Shown here: positions 11,917 to 22,548 of the stretch, in pieces
Numbering within the stretch: position 1 is the stretch's first letter
Layout of the letters: every line of letters starts with the position of its first letter
Origin: Tetramitus jugosus
Taxonomy: Eukaryota > Protista > Heterolobosea
Length of the DNA: 64,000 nt
Direction: 5' to 3'
Assembly (NCBI GenBank): GCA_937625935.1
Contig: OW569356.1
Location: 124,001 to 188,000 of the forward strand
The notes under the pieces: model-generated
Told to the model about the DNA's origin: nothing
What the model saw: the letters and a program-made list of their open reading frames with translations, nothing else
The model's database searches: none
Program-made: the position numbers and the translations under genes

Positions 11917-13647
11917 TTATTGATTTGGATTGGATACAACAGGTACTACCGACTCGATATTTGGATAAAATTGTCGAATGGCTTGATTAAAGTCTGGATG
12001 CTTGGTGATTGCTTCGTCTAGCATCACTCTAGCTTCCTCCTTCTTGTTCTGCCTGGCCATATAGCGAGCAAGGGAAATGTAAAATTCTTCATGTGGCAAA
12101 CGATCCAATAAATCTCTCAATAAGGCCTCTGATTTTTGAGGTTGATCCACATGATCATACATTCTAGCAAGCATGAATTGAATCAAATGATGAGAAGTTA
12201 CTTTCTCTTCTTTAGCTTGTAAATCACGTGTACCCTTGATCTTATTATAAATTGTTGCTAGATCCTTAATGGCCTCGCCATACTTTTTCAACCTTTCTCT
12301 TGCTGCTGCTAGATCAATATGGATAGAGAGGTCGTCTGGCATGAAGTTTTGTATCAGATCTTGACAAAGTTGCTCGATTTTTTGCACATCACCCACCATT
12401 TTCAAATAACTCAACTTTAGTTGATAATGGTTCAACGGAGAAACATACTCTTCATCCATTGTGTCAGGATTCTTCTCTTGAGATTGATAGGCAATTGCTT
12501 GATCAATAAGAGCTAATCCCTCCTCACGCATATTATTCTCAACCTTGTATTGTGCCAACACTGAGAAACTGGGCACATAGTGGTGTTCGATACACTGTCG
12601 GAGCAACGATTCAGCTTCAGGTTCATCGATTCCCTCACCATACTCCAACAACACTTTGGCCAACTTGTGTTTCATTTCACTCATGTCAGGTTCAATTTCT
12701 ATACATTTTCTCAACAGAGAGACACACCTATCATACATCTTGTTCCATTTGGCACGTTTCATCAGCAATTCCTCTTCCATTTCTTTGATGGCCACTTTCA
12801 TTTGCTCACTGTCACTCTTTGACGATGAACGCTGATCCAGCATGAGCAATTCATCCAATTGTGCATTTGCAGCATACAATTCATTATCAAACGCATTCAA
12901 CTTTTTGTACAGTAAATTGGCCAAACTGAACAAGATGAGTGAATTTTGCTGTTTTTGCATGCGTTCACTCTTTGATGAAGAAGGCTCAGTAGCACCAGGT
13001 GTCGCAACAGATTCCTCCCCCACGACATTCTTAGCCGCATCAGGATGGAGATATGAAATAAAGGATGGATCTGAGGAACCAGAGCTCAGAACCAGAGCTT
13101 TCATATAGGCTTCTTCAGCCAAATCCAAATCCATTGTAAAGCTCTCATGAAACTTTCCCAAATGAATCAACAAGTAAGAAATGACCAATGCATGAAATTC
13201 ATTGCCTTCTACATCCATGGCAGAGACACCAACACCACCATCACTACCACGAGCACTCTTCTTCAACAGTACATTGGCTCTCTTGTCAATCTCCGATTTG
13301 AGAAACAACAGTGCTTCCTCATATTTTTGATCACCTATTAATAGATCCATGTGTTTTTCGATGCTTTCCATGTCGCGAATCGTGTGTCGCACACGAATGG
13401 CATCTCTCTCTTGATCTGTCATTGAGTTCTTGGAAGTCTTATTTCTCTTTAATAGATGAGTGTGTTGCGTATGATAGGATTGGTTAATGTGGGTGCGATG
13501 TGCATGATTACATGAAAGTGATGATGATCGAATGAATGGAGCAATGGTTGGTTGATGGGTACAGATGTTTGTGGTAGTAATCGTAGCTGAACGAAGAAGT
13601 CGCAAGAGTGTGGATTCTTTGTTGTTTCGAAAAAGTGAGCGTTGCAT
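11917..13647 (-). CDS. TPR-like helical repeat protein with a probable mitochondrial targeting peptide
   Basis: 576-aa ORF. R/S/T-rich, acid-poor N-terminus and repeated TPR-like helices (AEEAYMKAL, LLRKCIEIEP, EARVMLDEAITKHP). Confidence 0.75.
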   Translation of the reverse strand: MQRSLFRNNKESTLLRLLRSATITTTNICTHQPTIAPFIRSSSLSCNHAHRTHINQSYHTQHTHLLKRNKTSKNSMTDQERDAIRVRHTIRDMESIEKHMDLLIGDQKYEEALLFLKSEIDKRANVLLKKSARGSDGGVGVSAMDVEGNEFHALVISYLLIHLGKFHESFTMDLDLAEEAYMKALVLSSGSSDPSFISYLHPDAAKNVVGEESVATPGATEPSSSKSERMQKQQNSLILFSLANLLYKKLNAFDNELYAANAQLDELLMLDQRSSSKSDSEQMKVAIKEMEEELLMKRAKWNKMYDRCVSLLRKCIEIEPDMSEMKHKLAKVLLEYGEGIDEPEAESLLRQCIEHHYVPSFSVLAQYKVENNMREEGLALIDQAIAYQSQEKNPDTMDEEYVSPLNHYQLKLSYLKMVGDVQKIEQLCQDLIQNFMPDDLSIHIDLAAARERLKKYGEAIKDLATIYNKIKGTRDLQAKEEKVTSHHLIQFMLARMYDHVDQPQKSEALLRDLLDRLPHEEFYISLARYMARQNKKEEARVMLDEAITKHPDFNQAIRQFYPNIESVVPVVSNPNQ

Positions 13648-13710
13648 TTTGTTGACTTTGCTTTTGATGTTTGTGTTTTTGTGGACAGGGACATTGAGAC
13701 CGTCAGTTTC

Positions 13711-14577
13711 TCAATTTGGCCGATTTTCTGCTTGGTTTTGGACACACGACTTCAGCAAAAAGGCTACCAGTTCCTCTGCAAAGCTTTCTCTTGTGTATTG
13801 GGTTTTCTTGAGATTATTGAATCCAACTCCAACAAGAATGCATCTGGCTTCACCATCAACGTCTGCGGGAGTGGAAATTCGCTGTTGGATAAGTGCTTCC
13901 AAGCGACCTTGCAGACGATCTAAGAATCGGCTTAGAGATCGAGAATTCAACACTATGGAGTCAATTTGAGACTCAGATATTACGTTCATCACCACTTCTA
14001 ACACCATTAGTTCTTTTTCTGATTCCGTAACTCTTTTTTGGGCCAGGAAATACTTGCCATGAATGGCGACCAAATCTTCCAGGAACAGGATTTTGTCTGT
14101 GGAATGTTTATCCTTATCTTGTAACTTCTCTGCTTGCTTTTGGAGCTCTCTCACTTGTCTATTGACTTCTTGATTGACTAGTTGTTGCTCTTGAAGTTTT
14201 TGTCTGTGTGCTTCAAGTTTCTTTTGGATTTCCTGCGTCTGCTCTTTGTTCTTTTGAGAAATTTGAGACATTGCTTCTTTGACACTCTGTTCCTTGTAAA
14301 ATTTGGCTCTCTTCAACAATGGCATTTTGAAATCAGTTACTTTCAGTGGAAAGGATGAAAAGTCCTCGAACGTTCTCTTTTGTGCTATTGAAATAGGAGG
14401 ATCAAGCGGTTGAGAATTACTCATTTTGATGAAGTCAAAAAATTCTACTTCTGACGTGATGTGAAAGCCATCGATGGGTTCACCGAGAGGATCCGATTCA
14501 AGTGGAAGCATGGGGCCAGCTTCGTGGTCATTGAAAGCTTCGGTTGCTTCGCTACTGGAGGTATCTGATTCACTCAT
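13711..14577 (-). CDS. Hypothetical coiled-coil protein (~288 aa)
   Basis: First ATG in the ORF at 14577 (MSESDT). Central Q/E/K heptad region. No family recognised. Confidence 0.7.
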   Translation of the reverse strand: MSESDTSSSEATEAFNDHEAGPMLPLESDPLGEPIDGFHITSEVEFFDFIKMSNSQPLDPPISIAQKRTFEDFSSFPLKVTDFKMPLLKRAKFYKEQSVKEAMSQISQKNKEQTQEIQKKLEAHRQKLQEQQLVNQEVNRQVRELQKQAEKLQDKDKHSTDKILFLEDLVAIHGKYFLAQKRVTESEKELMVLEVVMNVISESQIDSIVLNSRSLSRFLDRLQGRLEALIQQRISTPADVDGEARCILVGVGFNNLKKTQYTRESFAEELVAFLLKSCVQNQAENRPN

Positions 14578-14692
14578 GTTGATATTGTTTGAAGAACAAA
14601 GAAGAAAAACCAGAAGTTCTGTAAAGCAAACAGTTGGAATTTTCTTCACTTTTTGGCGCCAAGACAGCTAAGAATAACCCTTCCAAAAAAGA

Positions 14693-15250
14693 ATGAGAAG
14701 ATTAATATCGAAGAAAAAGAAGAGTACCACATCGACCAATGCGCCAATCAGTCCAACTTGGCAGAGTTATCTGGATAAGAACCTGATGGCGTCAGGTTAT
14801 ATCCACAAGGCAACCATAGTTGGAATCACAGGTGGTTATACATGCTGGGCCACTAGTCACGATGGCTTCACACCAATCAATCTTCAAAGTCTTTGTGATG
14901 TGATGGATCAGGCTCCACCTTCTACGCCTACGACACCATCCGTTTATCCATCACAAGATGTGTTTGCGGGTGCACAACCACCGAGGGACGCATCTCAAGA
15001 TTCAGACAGTTTTATGAATATCAGGATCGAATTGGATGGGCAGACATTTGTACCATTGTATGTGTCGAGGAGTTCACTATATGCCAAGTCTGTTCCCTCA
15101 CTGACAACTCTCGATGCAAGTTATGGATGTGTAGTTGTGAAATGTTCGACTTGCGTCATCATCGCGACATATCATAGCACAACCAATCCAGGCAGTGCCA
15201 ACATGGTAGTAGAACGCTTGGGTTCATTTTTGAAAGATAAAGGGTACTGA
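14693..15250 (+). CDS. Divergent profilin-family protein
   Basis: TWQSYLDKNLMASGYIHKATIVG..WATS at the N-terminus and GCVVVKCSTCVIIATY....PGSANMVVERLGSFLKDKGY at the C-terminus match the profilin consensus. Confidence 0.85.
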   Translation: MRRLISKKKKSTTSTNAPISPTWQSYLDKNLMASGYIHKATIVGITGGYTCWATSHDGFTPINLQSLCDVMDQAPPSTPTTPSVYPSQDVFAGAQPPRDASQDSDSFMNIRIELDGQTFVPLYVSRSSLYAKSVPSLTTLDASYGCVVVKCSTCVIIATYHSTTNPGSANMVVERLGSFLKDKGY

Positions 15251-15287
15251 TGAAACATTGACCCTTTCTTCTCGCACGTTCTTCTAG

Positions 15288-15506
15288 TTATGAATTAAGT
15301 TCAACTTGATTGTTGTCCATCTTCTCACATTTGTTATCGATGAGAGGTACACTTACTGACCGCATCAATAAATCAACATCTGTTTCATTGCTTCTGTTGT
15401 GTAATGAACTGTGAATTCTTCTAGGTGGGTCATCTTCACCTGGAAATTTGAAAATTGAGGGCAGTTTAGTTTTTCGTCCTCTTTCAATCGGAAACTCCTG
15501 TTCCAT
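15288..15506 (-). CDS. Detached C-terminal 72 codons of the 20050-15857 gene, separated from it by the MITE
   Basis: The ATG lies within the 11-bp target duplication in the same register as EQ-M-E of the large ORF. Removing the insertion fuses the two ORFs in frame. The stop is 37 bp from the convergent profilin stop, which is typical spacing here. Confidence 0.7.
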   Translation of the reverse strand: MEQEFPIERGRKTKLPSIFKFPGEDDPPRRIHSSLHNRSNETDVDLLMRSVSVPLIDNKCEKMDNNQVELNS

Positions 15507-15510
15507 TTGC

Positions 15511-15927
15511 GGAAATCTTAAAAGCAGGAAGGGAAACCTTATGCGCAGTAAACCTGAGAAACAGTAACTTTACTGCCAGGAAAGCAGTAAAATAGTTAAC
15601 GTATCTGCAATCAACAGATACGAAAGCTAAAAACAATATCAAGATCGTTTCTAATTTAATGAATAAACAACAGCTTCGCTCCTACATATCCAACAATTTC
15701 AACCGTATACGCTTCATTACTCTTCAGTATGATGATGACGAATTAGAAAGAATTAGAGTACGACATTCCCCAACACAGCTCTCTGATATGCGTAGTAGAA
15801 GCAAGTAGTAGTTTTGCTTTATAAAATTTCTGCTTTTCATCTTTTATGACTGCCTTTCAGTCAGTAAAGTTACTGCTTTTCAAAATTCCTGTTTTTCCGT
15901 TTCCGTTACTGCCTTTCATCTCCCTGC
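15511..15927. mobile_element. Non-autonomous Mutator(MULE)-like MITE, 417 bp, degenerate ~80-bp TIRs, 11-bp TSD
   Basis: Exact direct repeat GTTCCATTTGC at 15500-15510 and 15928-15938. Collinear inverted blocks: 15520-15537 vs 15899-15916 (15/18 identical) and 15562-15575 vs 15862-15875 (CAGTAACTTTACTG, 14/14). The interior is non-coding. Confidence 0.8.
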
Positions 15928-18900
15928 GTTCCATTTGCTCGAGCAAAGTGGAGGAATCTTGGGTTCCATTAATCGATATCGTAATACTGTTATTCGATTC
16001 AATTGGGGGATAGACGGTGGACTTCTGAAAGAATCCTTTGGGGATGCTAAAATTTTCAAGCTTCCTGTGAATTAGAACGGGAGGATGATTCTTCAGAATA
16101 CGAGAATAGTCAGGACTATCATCGTCTAGATCCCAATCTGACTGTGTTCCTACTCTCTTTCTTAACCACTCTCTTTTTGTTGGACGCTTAGCAAGCGAGT
16201 GATCACTAGTCTGGCGCGACTCAGATCGATTCTGGACTTCGAAGCTATCCAATACCAAGTCTTGATGATCTCTGTTACGTTCCGGGCTTCTCCTAGTGGC
16301 ATGCAATTTCCTTTGACCTATTCTATTTAAATTAATGATAAATTGATCATCAGGTTCTAAATACTGATCAAGCATCTTCAACAGTTTCTCTTCCTGTTCG
16401 TGCATATAAATCTCTCTCTTCTTATTCCACTTCGCTTGCGATGACGAGTCTGTTAATCGACGAATTACATCTAGAATTGAAGAGCTGCTCTCTATTTCAT
16501 CATTACTTCCTTGGGAAGTTTGCTTATGGTTATCGTTATCTTGGTTTCCAGAGGATGAGCGCTCCCTTTTGTTCGCTTTGAACGGTAGGAGATTGCGTTG
16601 TTTGCGAAGATTGGATCGATGAGATGCGCCAGGTTGAATGTTGAAGTCTCCTTCGAGCGAAGCACTTTCACTAATTTCTATCAAGCGTTCTTTGCTAGAC
16701 CTATGTTGAGAATCTATTAGCTCGGATTCATTCTCGCTAGTTCCTTCAAGGTCTGAATACACTTGATTCTTCAGAAAAGGTTTTCTAAATTCTTGTTGAT
16801 TGCTTGACTGCAGATAACTGGAATGAGACTCTTTGTTGAGTACGTGTACCTGGGAGGTTGAAGGGATAGTTTTCTCTTGGCTAGAGGTCGGAGTCCTAGA
16901 ACGGTCGAGGCGGACATTACCTCTTTCAATACTTCCCACACTCAATATCACATGAGAAGGAGAATCCTTATGTTCTTCTCGTTTGGGCATTGATCTTGGT
17001 ACATCATTTTGAATCTTGCCGGAAGTGAGATTTCCCTTTAATCTTTGTTTCTTGAAGGAATCCTTTTGCTGAGGATAAATTGTTGAAGGATATGGGGTTG
17101 AAGGTTTGTTGTGTCTGGGATTACTCTTGTTTGTATTGCCAGTGTTAAGAATCTGGAAATTTTGTTTTCCATGCGATCTGAAATTATCTAGGTCCTTTCT
17201 AAGAGCATGTGGCCTATTGGGATTATCAGAATCCACGAGATCATGTTCACTATTTTGATCCTTTCCTTCAGATGAAGCGAAAAAAGATGATAACAACGCC
17301 AATTGATCTGTGAGATATCTGTTTCTTGCAATTAGGTTTGCTACTTTGTTTTCTCGATCTCCATCATCGCTCGATAATATAGATTGTGCCAGTTCTTGGT
17401 CACGAGCAGTCGTGTTCAGCGTTTGTGGAGCCGAAATTGAGTTCGATACTTGCGATACCGGATGTAAGTTCGATTGCACTATTGGCTCCATCAACAAACT
17501 AGTACTGAGTGAATCCATTTTATCAGGAGAACTCAGTTCTTCTCTGACATGGTTTGGTGGAATGCTTTCGTCGACAGGTTCTTGTTTAACAGGTTTCTTG
17601 TCAGGAACTCCGAGGTTAAAGATCGCGCGATTGGAGGACTTTATCACATTGTGCATTTGTGATACGATTGGGAGTAACCCAGGAAATTGTTCTTTCATAT
17701 CAGACTCTACGATCGAGGAAAGTTGCCTCCGGAGAGCAACAAGGTATGAATGTAACATCCGCATAAACCCCACAACATCAGCTGATATCTCACACTGTGA
17801 TGCTCCTTGAATGAATGTCCGCAATACGGATATCAATGATTTAGCAACATTGAGATTATTCGTAGCTTCCTTCGTAGACGGATCGAGAGGTCTTCGTACA
17901 AATCTTTCTCTCATACTCCTGACAGGCGTTGATGTTTTGTTTTCCAAATTCTCCTTCTCTTTAGTATCGTTAAACTTACCTTGTTTGATACTATGCTGTT
18001 CTGCTTCCTCCTCCTCATTATCTGTATCGGATGATTCATCCTCGGATGTGATTAGTGTAGCATCTATCATGCCAACCTCTGGATCCCTCTCTCCTGTTTC
18101 ACTTGAAGTTAGAATAACAGATTGGGGATTTGTATCTTCTTTGTTCGATTTTCTTCGGGTACTTTTCCTTCGTTTCTTGTTTTGACCATTTAAGTCATCT
18201 TCGGTAATCTGATCTCTGACCTTCTTCGCAGCCATAAATCGTTCTCTTCGCATTTCTTCCAAAGAATCAAGGGAATTATCGGTTTGATGCTTTCTAGGAG
18301 ATGTTTGAGTCCAAACATGCTTTGTCGACCTAATAATTGACCTTCGTCTAACAGATAATTTCACTGTTTCATTGTTCGCACTCTGTTCTTTGGTTTGTAC
18401 TTGTTCCATGTAGCTAATGAAGTGTTGTTGAAGATCTATGATCTTATTTCGCAGTTGAGAATTTTCGGTTTTCAATCGGTCGATCTTATGAAAGAGGGTT
18501 GAAACACTGTACACTTGGTCATCTTGAGATGAATTCTTCTCCATAAGAAAATTGTCCACGGCATCCTGATGACTAATCCCAGACTCAACATTTATAATTG
18601 ATTTATCATCGGCAATGTAGGTCACAGTTTGCATTGAATTCCTTCTTGCCTCATTCATAAAATGCGCTTTCTTATGTTTGACAAGGGTTGTGTTTGGATT
18701 AATGTGGTACGAACTTTTCTTCAACCTTTTGTTAAGCTCGATAATCTTATCCTCCTTCTCCTGAATTACAAAAAGTAAAAACTGGCGTTCTCTTTCATGG
18801 TTCTCATGAATGGATGTAGTTGGAGTCTGAGTCTGAGTTCTAGGTTCTACACGAACAACGGGTGCACTTGAACTCATATTATTTATGTCATATCTTGTCC

Positions 18901-20050
18901 TTAACTCTATTTCTCTTCTCTTCTCTTCACGTTTTATGTCTGCCACATATTGTTGATATTGTTGTTGCACAATCATTACCTCCTGTTGAATTTTGTGGGA
19001 GATTACTTCTTCCCGTTTAATAACTTTCAAGAGGATCCTGTTCTTCGAAGTAATGGCCTTTTCCCTGTTATTCATCTTTTCTTTTAGTTTCATATTCATA
19101 TCGGTCATTTTATCTAAGTTCTGGAGTAATGTTTGATATGATAGCCTGAAAGCAGCATTCATTTGGAATTCTGATGCAGCATTTACAGACAGCCCCTCCA
19201 CAAATTGTTTTACATGCTCTTTTGCATCTTGGAGACACGAAGCTGAAGTATCAAGATATTCAGTACCGCTGTGCATCAAATCTTCTTCTTCCTTTTGTAT
19301 TACGGAAAGCTTTTTGGAAACATCTTTCAATGCCAAGTCTTGTCTGTATCTCAAGAATTCGTTGAGAGCAGAGTCGCTTTGATCAAGAGATTCTAATCGA
19401 TCCAGGCGAGAATATGTCTGGGACATACTCGGGAGTTCATCCTCTTCTGAGTGAGTTGAACCCGATATCTCTTCCAATTCCTGATCAACTCTTTCCTCCA
19501 ATGACGACTTTCGACCTTCGACCCACATAAGTAATTCAGACTCTAGCGCCATTCTCTCCAATATCTTCTTGCTCTGATTCTTCATTAAGTTGTTCACAGA
19601 TTGTTTACTCTTCTCAATAAAGTGATTCCGTCCATCAATTGAGAACAAATGTCGATTGAAAACACCATTCACTAGTTCTGAAAATTGTAATTCATCAGAA
19701 ACTTCCTCTTTCTTTTTCTCATTACTTGAAATGAGTTTACTGGATAGTGATTTTGTTAACAATTGCATCTTCTTCTCCATTTGGTTGACTAAATCATTCT
19801 GTGCTTCGCTCACTGTGTTCTTCAATTTTGCTTCTTCCTCTTTCTTCTTCTTCTCCATGAGCATCAACAGCATCATCATAATCTCTGGAATAATTCGTAG
19901 GTGATTATTGTTATTGAGCATCCGCTGCATCTTGGCTGCCTTTCTTTCTGATTCTGAGACAATCGTTGTGTCATCATCTCGATTCAAAGAACTCGACACA
20001 ACTGGATCAGACACTGACTTTGAAGAGTGATGATTGATGGCTCCATTCAT
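15857..20050 (-). CDS. Large (1397-aa) coiled-coil/low-complexity hypothetical protein; its last ~23 codons and stop come from the MITE
   Basis: Uninterrupted 4.2-kb ORF with an N-terminal coiled coil and an S-rich disordered C-terminal half. No family recognised. Confidence 0.8.
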   Translation of the reverse strand: MNGAINHHSSKSVSDPVVSSSLNRDDDTTIVSESERKAAKMQRMLNNNNHLRIIPEIMMMLLMLMEKKKKEEEAKLKNTVSEAQNDLVNQMEKKMQLLTKSLSSKLISSNEKKKEEVSDELQFSELVNGVFNRHLFSIDGRNHFIEKSKQSVNNLMKNQSKKILERMALESELLMWVEGRKSSLEERVDQELEEISGSTHSEEDELPSMSQTYSRLDRLESLDQSDSALNEFLRYRQDLALKDVSKKLSVIQKEEEDLMHSGTEYLDTSASCLQDAKEHVKQFVEGLSVNAASEFQMNAAFRLSYQTLLQNLDKMTDMNMKLKEKMNNREKAITSKNRILLKVIKREEVISHKIQQEVMIVQQQYQQYVADIKREEKRREIELRTRYDINNMSSSAPVVRVEPRTQTQTPTTSIHENHERERQFLLFVIQEKEDKIIELNKRLKKSSYHINPNTTLVKHKKAHFMNEARRNSMQTVTYIADDKSIINVESGISHQDAVDNFLMEKNSSQDDQVYSVSTLFHKIDRLKTENSQLRNKIIDLQQHFISYMEQVQTKEQSANNETVKLSVRRRSIIRSTKHVWTQTSPRKHQTDNSLDSLEEMRRERFMAAKKVRDQITEDDLNGQNKKRRKSTRRKSNKEDTNPQSVILTSSETGERDPEVGMIDATLITSEDESSDTDNEEEEAEQHSIKQGKFNDTKEKENLENKTSTPVRSMRERFVRRPLDPSTKEATNNLNVAKSLISVLRTFIQGASQCEISADVVGFMRMLHSYLVALRRQLSSIVESDMKEQFPGLLPIVSQMHNVIKSSNRAIFNLGVPDKKPVKQEPVDESIPPNHVREELSSPDKMDSLSTSLLMEPIVQSNLHPVSQVSNSISAPQTLNTTARDQELAQSILSSDDGDRENKVANLIARNRYLTDQLALLSSFFASSEGKDQNSEHDLVDSDNPNRPHALRKDLDNFRSHGKQNFQILNTGNTNKSNPRHNKPSTPYPSTIYPQQKDSFKKQRLKGNLTSGKIQNDVPRSMPKREEHKDSPSHVILSVGSIERGNVRLDRSRTPTSSQEKTIPSTSQVHVLNKESHSSYLQSSNQQEFRKPFLKNQVYSDLEGTSENESELIDSQHRSSKERLIEISESASLEGDFNIQPGASHRSNLRKQRNLLPFKANKRERSSSGNQDNDNHKQTSQGSNDEIESSSSILDVIRRLTDSSSQAKWNKKREIYMHEQEEKLLKMLDQYLEPDDQFIINLNRIGQRKLHATRRSPERNRDHQDLVLDSFEVQNRSESRQTSDHSLAKRPTKREWLRKRVGTQSDWDLDDDSPDYSRILKNHPPVLIHRKLENFSIPKGFFQKSTVYPPIESNNSITISINGTQDSSTLLEQMERREMKGSNGNGKTGILKSSNFTD

Positions 20051-20159
20051 CGTCTGTGGTCACTTTTTGTGCGTTCATTATCAATTTGGGCAAACTGTCG
20101 TAAAGGCGCAAAAATTATTTTATTTCGTTTCTGCCTCGTGAATGTACCACTGGATAATA

Positions 20160-22175
20160 TTACAAGCTGTTCTGTTTCTTTTGCTCTTCGTTCATGGTCT
20201 TCAACAAATATCCATCAATCAGTCCACTGCCCAAATGCTTGAGTCCTGCTTTTTGCTCAAACTCAACAGAAGATGCATTGTCTGAGTGATCTTCGTCCTC
20301 TGTTGCCTTGAATAACTTGTCAACTGCCTTTGTCTTAATTCCTTTGTCCTCTCTCACGACACTGTTCAGTTTGAATGCAGGATGGTACTGTTCTGCAGCA
20401 CGGAACGAGCTCAATGGGACATCCTCATCTCCGACATTCTCATCTGAATCATCACCAGATGACTCTTCCTCCGCTGAATCGTTGCTGTAGGACTGATATT
20501 TCTTTTGAACAGAAGCTTTACCGACCCAGCTCAATGGAGATTCCTGTTGTGTCTTTGGAGGTGATGCAGGATACGATTTCTTTGCGTTCCAAGGAGCACC
20601 TCCTCCACTCTTGCCATAAAATCCATGACTGTCATCGGATCTCGTCGTAGACACATCATCCTCTGCATCTGATCCCTCATAATTCTCATCACTCTCGACA
20701 TCACGATCCGATGATTGTTGACGTCGGTCCATCCATGACTCAGTCTGCTTATCATCAATCATGTGTACCACTTGATCATCCACCATAATCTGCTCATCAA
20801 TCGCCCGATTCGTCATAATCATCTGCAACGGCGTATATCCAATATATTTATCATTCTCCTCATCTGAATAATCGGAATCATAAGTGTACACATCTCTATA
20901 ATCCTTTTCATTGACACTTGGTCGCTCTTGAATCGGCACCACCGTGTGGAAGAATCGAATACTGTGCGGTCGGCTCATATTCTGTGCCGTGAGGATATCA
21001 GGCCACAATGACTCATAATACTGTTGCTCCACCAATCGCCTATACATGATGTTACACATGGACGTCAACAAATCCTCACAATTCTTTCCATTGGCCGCAC
21101 TCACTTCCACATAGTGAAGATTTCTGGAGCGAGAAACAATGGCAGCCTCCTCTGTCGTCACCATTCGTCTCTTTGGATTCACATCGCACTTGTTGGCCAC
21201 GAGGAAAACGTTGCAAGGCAATCTTCGCTTCTGAATCATTGTGAGCCACTTGTTGATTGCATTGAAGAATGTTCGTTTCTTGTCCACGCTGTACACAATA
21301 ATCACAGCATGACACAATGTCATAAAATTACGACAGGCCTTAATATACGTTGACATGTCCACAATGTTCGAGTCATACTATTATTATTATTATTATTGTG
21401 ATAGTGATAGTGACGATGATATGATAAGTATTTGATCAATAATCATGTGTGAGTTCACACCAGCAAAGAAACAACAACCAACGAAAGAGAGAGCTAAGCC
21501 ACTCTCCACCGGAAAAAAAACAAACAAACATACAATTTGTAATTGAGCAGACTGATTCGACACAATGTTCATCATTGTCGTACAAACGTTTGACATTTCA
21601 AACTTTGACACATATTTCTTAATATTCTTTCTCTTGATGTCTCTTCTGGCCAAACGGAGCAACACACTGCTCTTTCCCGTTTTCTTATCACCCACAATAA
21701 TCGTCTTAAAGTGTTCATCGTACGAGTCTTGTCTACTCGTAGCTCTTCTCCATCTCCATCGACTGCCAATCAATCCAAAATATACTTTTCTCCAATCCAT
21801 GCCCAAAACCTCCAATATATCAACTGTGGTGGTGTGTTTTTTTCCATATTGTTTTTTTGTTTGAGGGTGTTGGTGTTATTATTCAATCATTGATGATGGT
21901 TTTGAATGGGGGCAACAGAAAAAAAAATGTGTTTTGTTTTGCGTAGTGAGAAATGTAAACACACACATACATTTGATCTTCAAATCAATCTCTGTCAAAT
22001 ATTTCCATAACCGATTCGATACGCTGTACTTGTTCCATTCATTGCTCACGAGAGAGATGGTGTCTCTGAGAAAAGGTCTGGGCAGGTATTGAAAGATGTG
22101 AAACAGTGTTTGATCTTCATAGTCGTAGGGAAGTGGTAGGGGTGTAGTTGGCAAGGGAGGTAAGAATGACACCAT
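20160..22175 (-). CDS. F-box + Rab/Ras-like small GTPase domain + acidic disordered tail (3 exons: 22175-21971, 21823-21534, 21377-20160)
   Basis: F-box-like DQTLFHIFQYLP...ISLVSNEWNKYSVSNRLWK...WRKVY. G1 GDKKTGKSS, G4 NKCD, G5 EVSAANG. Two GTATG...AG introns keep the frame. Confidence 0.8.
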
Positions 22176-22366
22176 TGTTTGCAGCTGTTTGTTGTTGTTT
22201 GGCTCACAGCTGTGAAATTTAAAGGGCGATATCGTTTTTTTGACAGATGGTTGACGCGTCGGGGAGACAACGTCATTTGCGTTCCCGAATTTCTTGAACC
22301 ACATTGAATTCTGATCTAGATACAAAAAAGAGTTGATAAAGAAAAAATTGAGCGATGAAAAATTAC

Positions 22367-22472
22367 GGCCCTCGAGGCCACTATAACAAATTGGAACGAT
22401 ACAGAGAAGATTAGCATGGTCCCTGTGTAAGGATGACTCTCATGTTCGAGAAAGGTATCTCCTAAACTTTTT
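22367..22472 (+). ncRNA. U6: U6 spliceosomal snRNA
   Basis: 5' hairpin GGCC-CTCGA-GGCC, then AAATTGGAACGATACAGAGAAGATTAGCATGG (ACAGAGA box, AGC triad). ISL TCCCT-GTGTA-AGGATGAC. CGAGAAAGGTAT is complementary to a U2 5' end of the ATACCTTTCTCG type. TTTTT Pol III terminator. Length 106 nt. Confidence 0.97.
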
Positions 22473-22548
22473 GATGTGATTTTTTGGTCTCCGTTTCTAT
22501 GGCCCACCAACCCGCTTCTACGAAACGCTCGAACACAAGATCAAACTC

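Noticed and set aside
21879-22510. ORF-track extensions 22325-22176 and ORF 22316-22510
   Set aside because: These have non-ATG or antisense starts and run across promoter and U6 sequence. The F-box gene starts best at ATG 22175.
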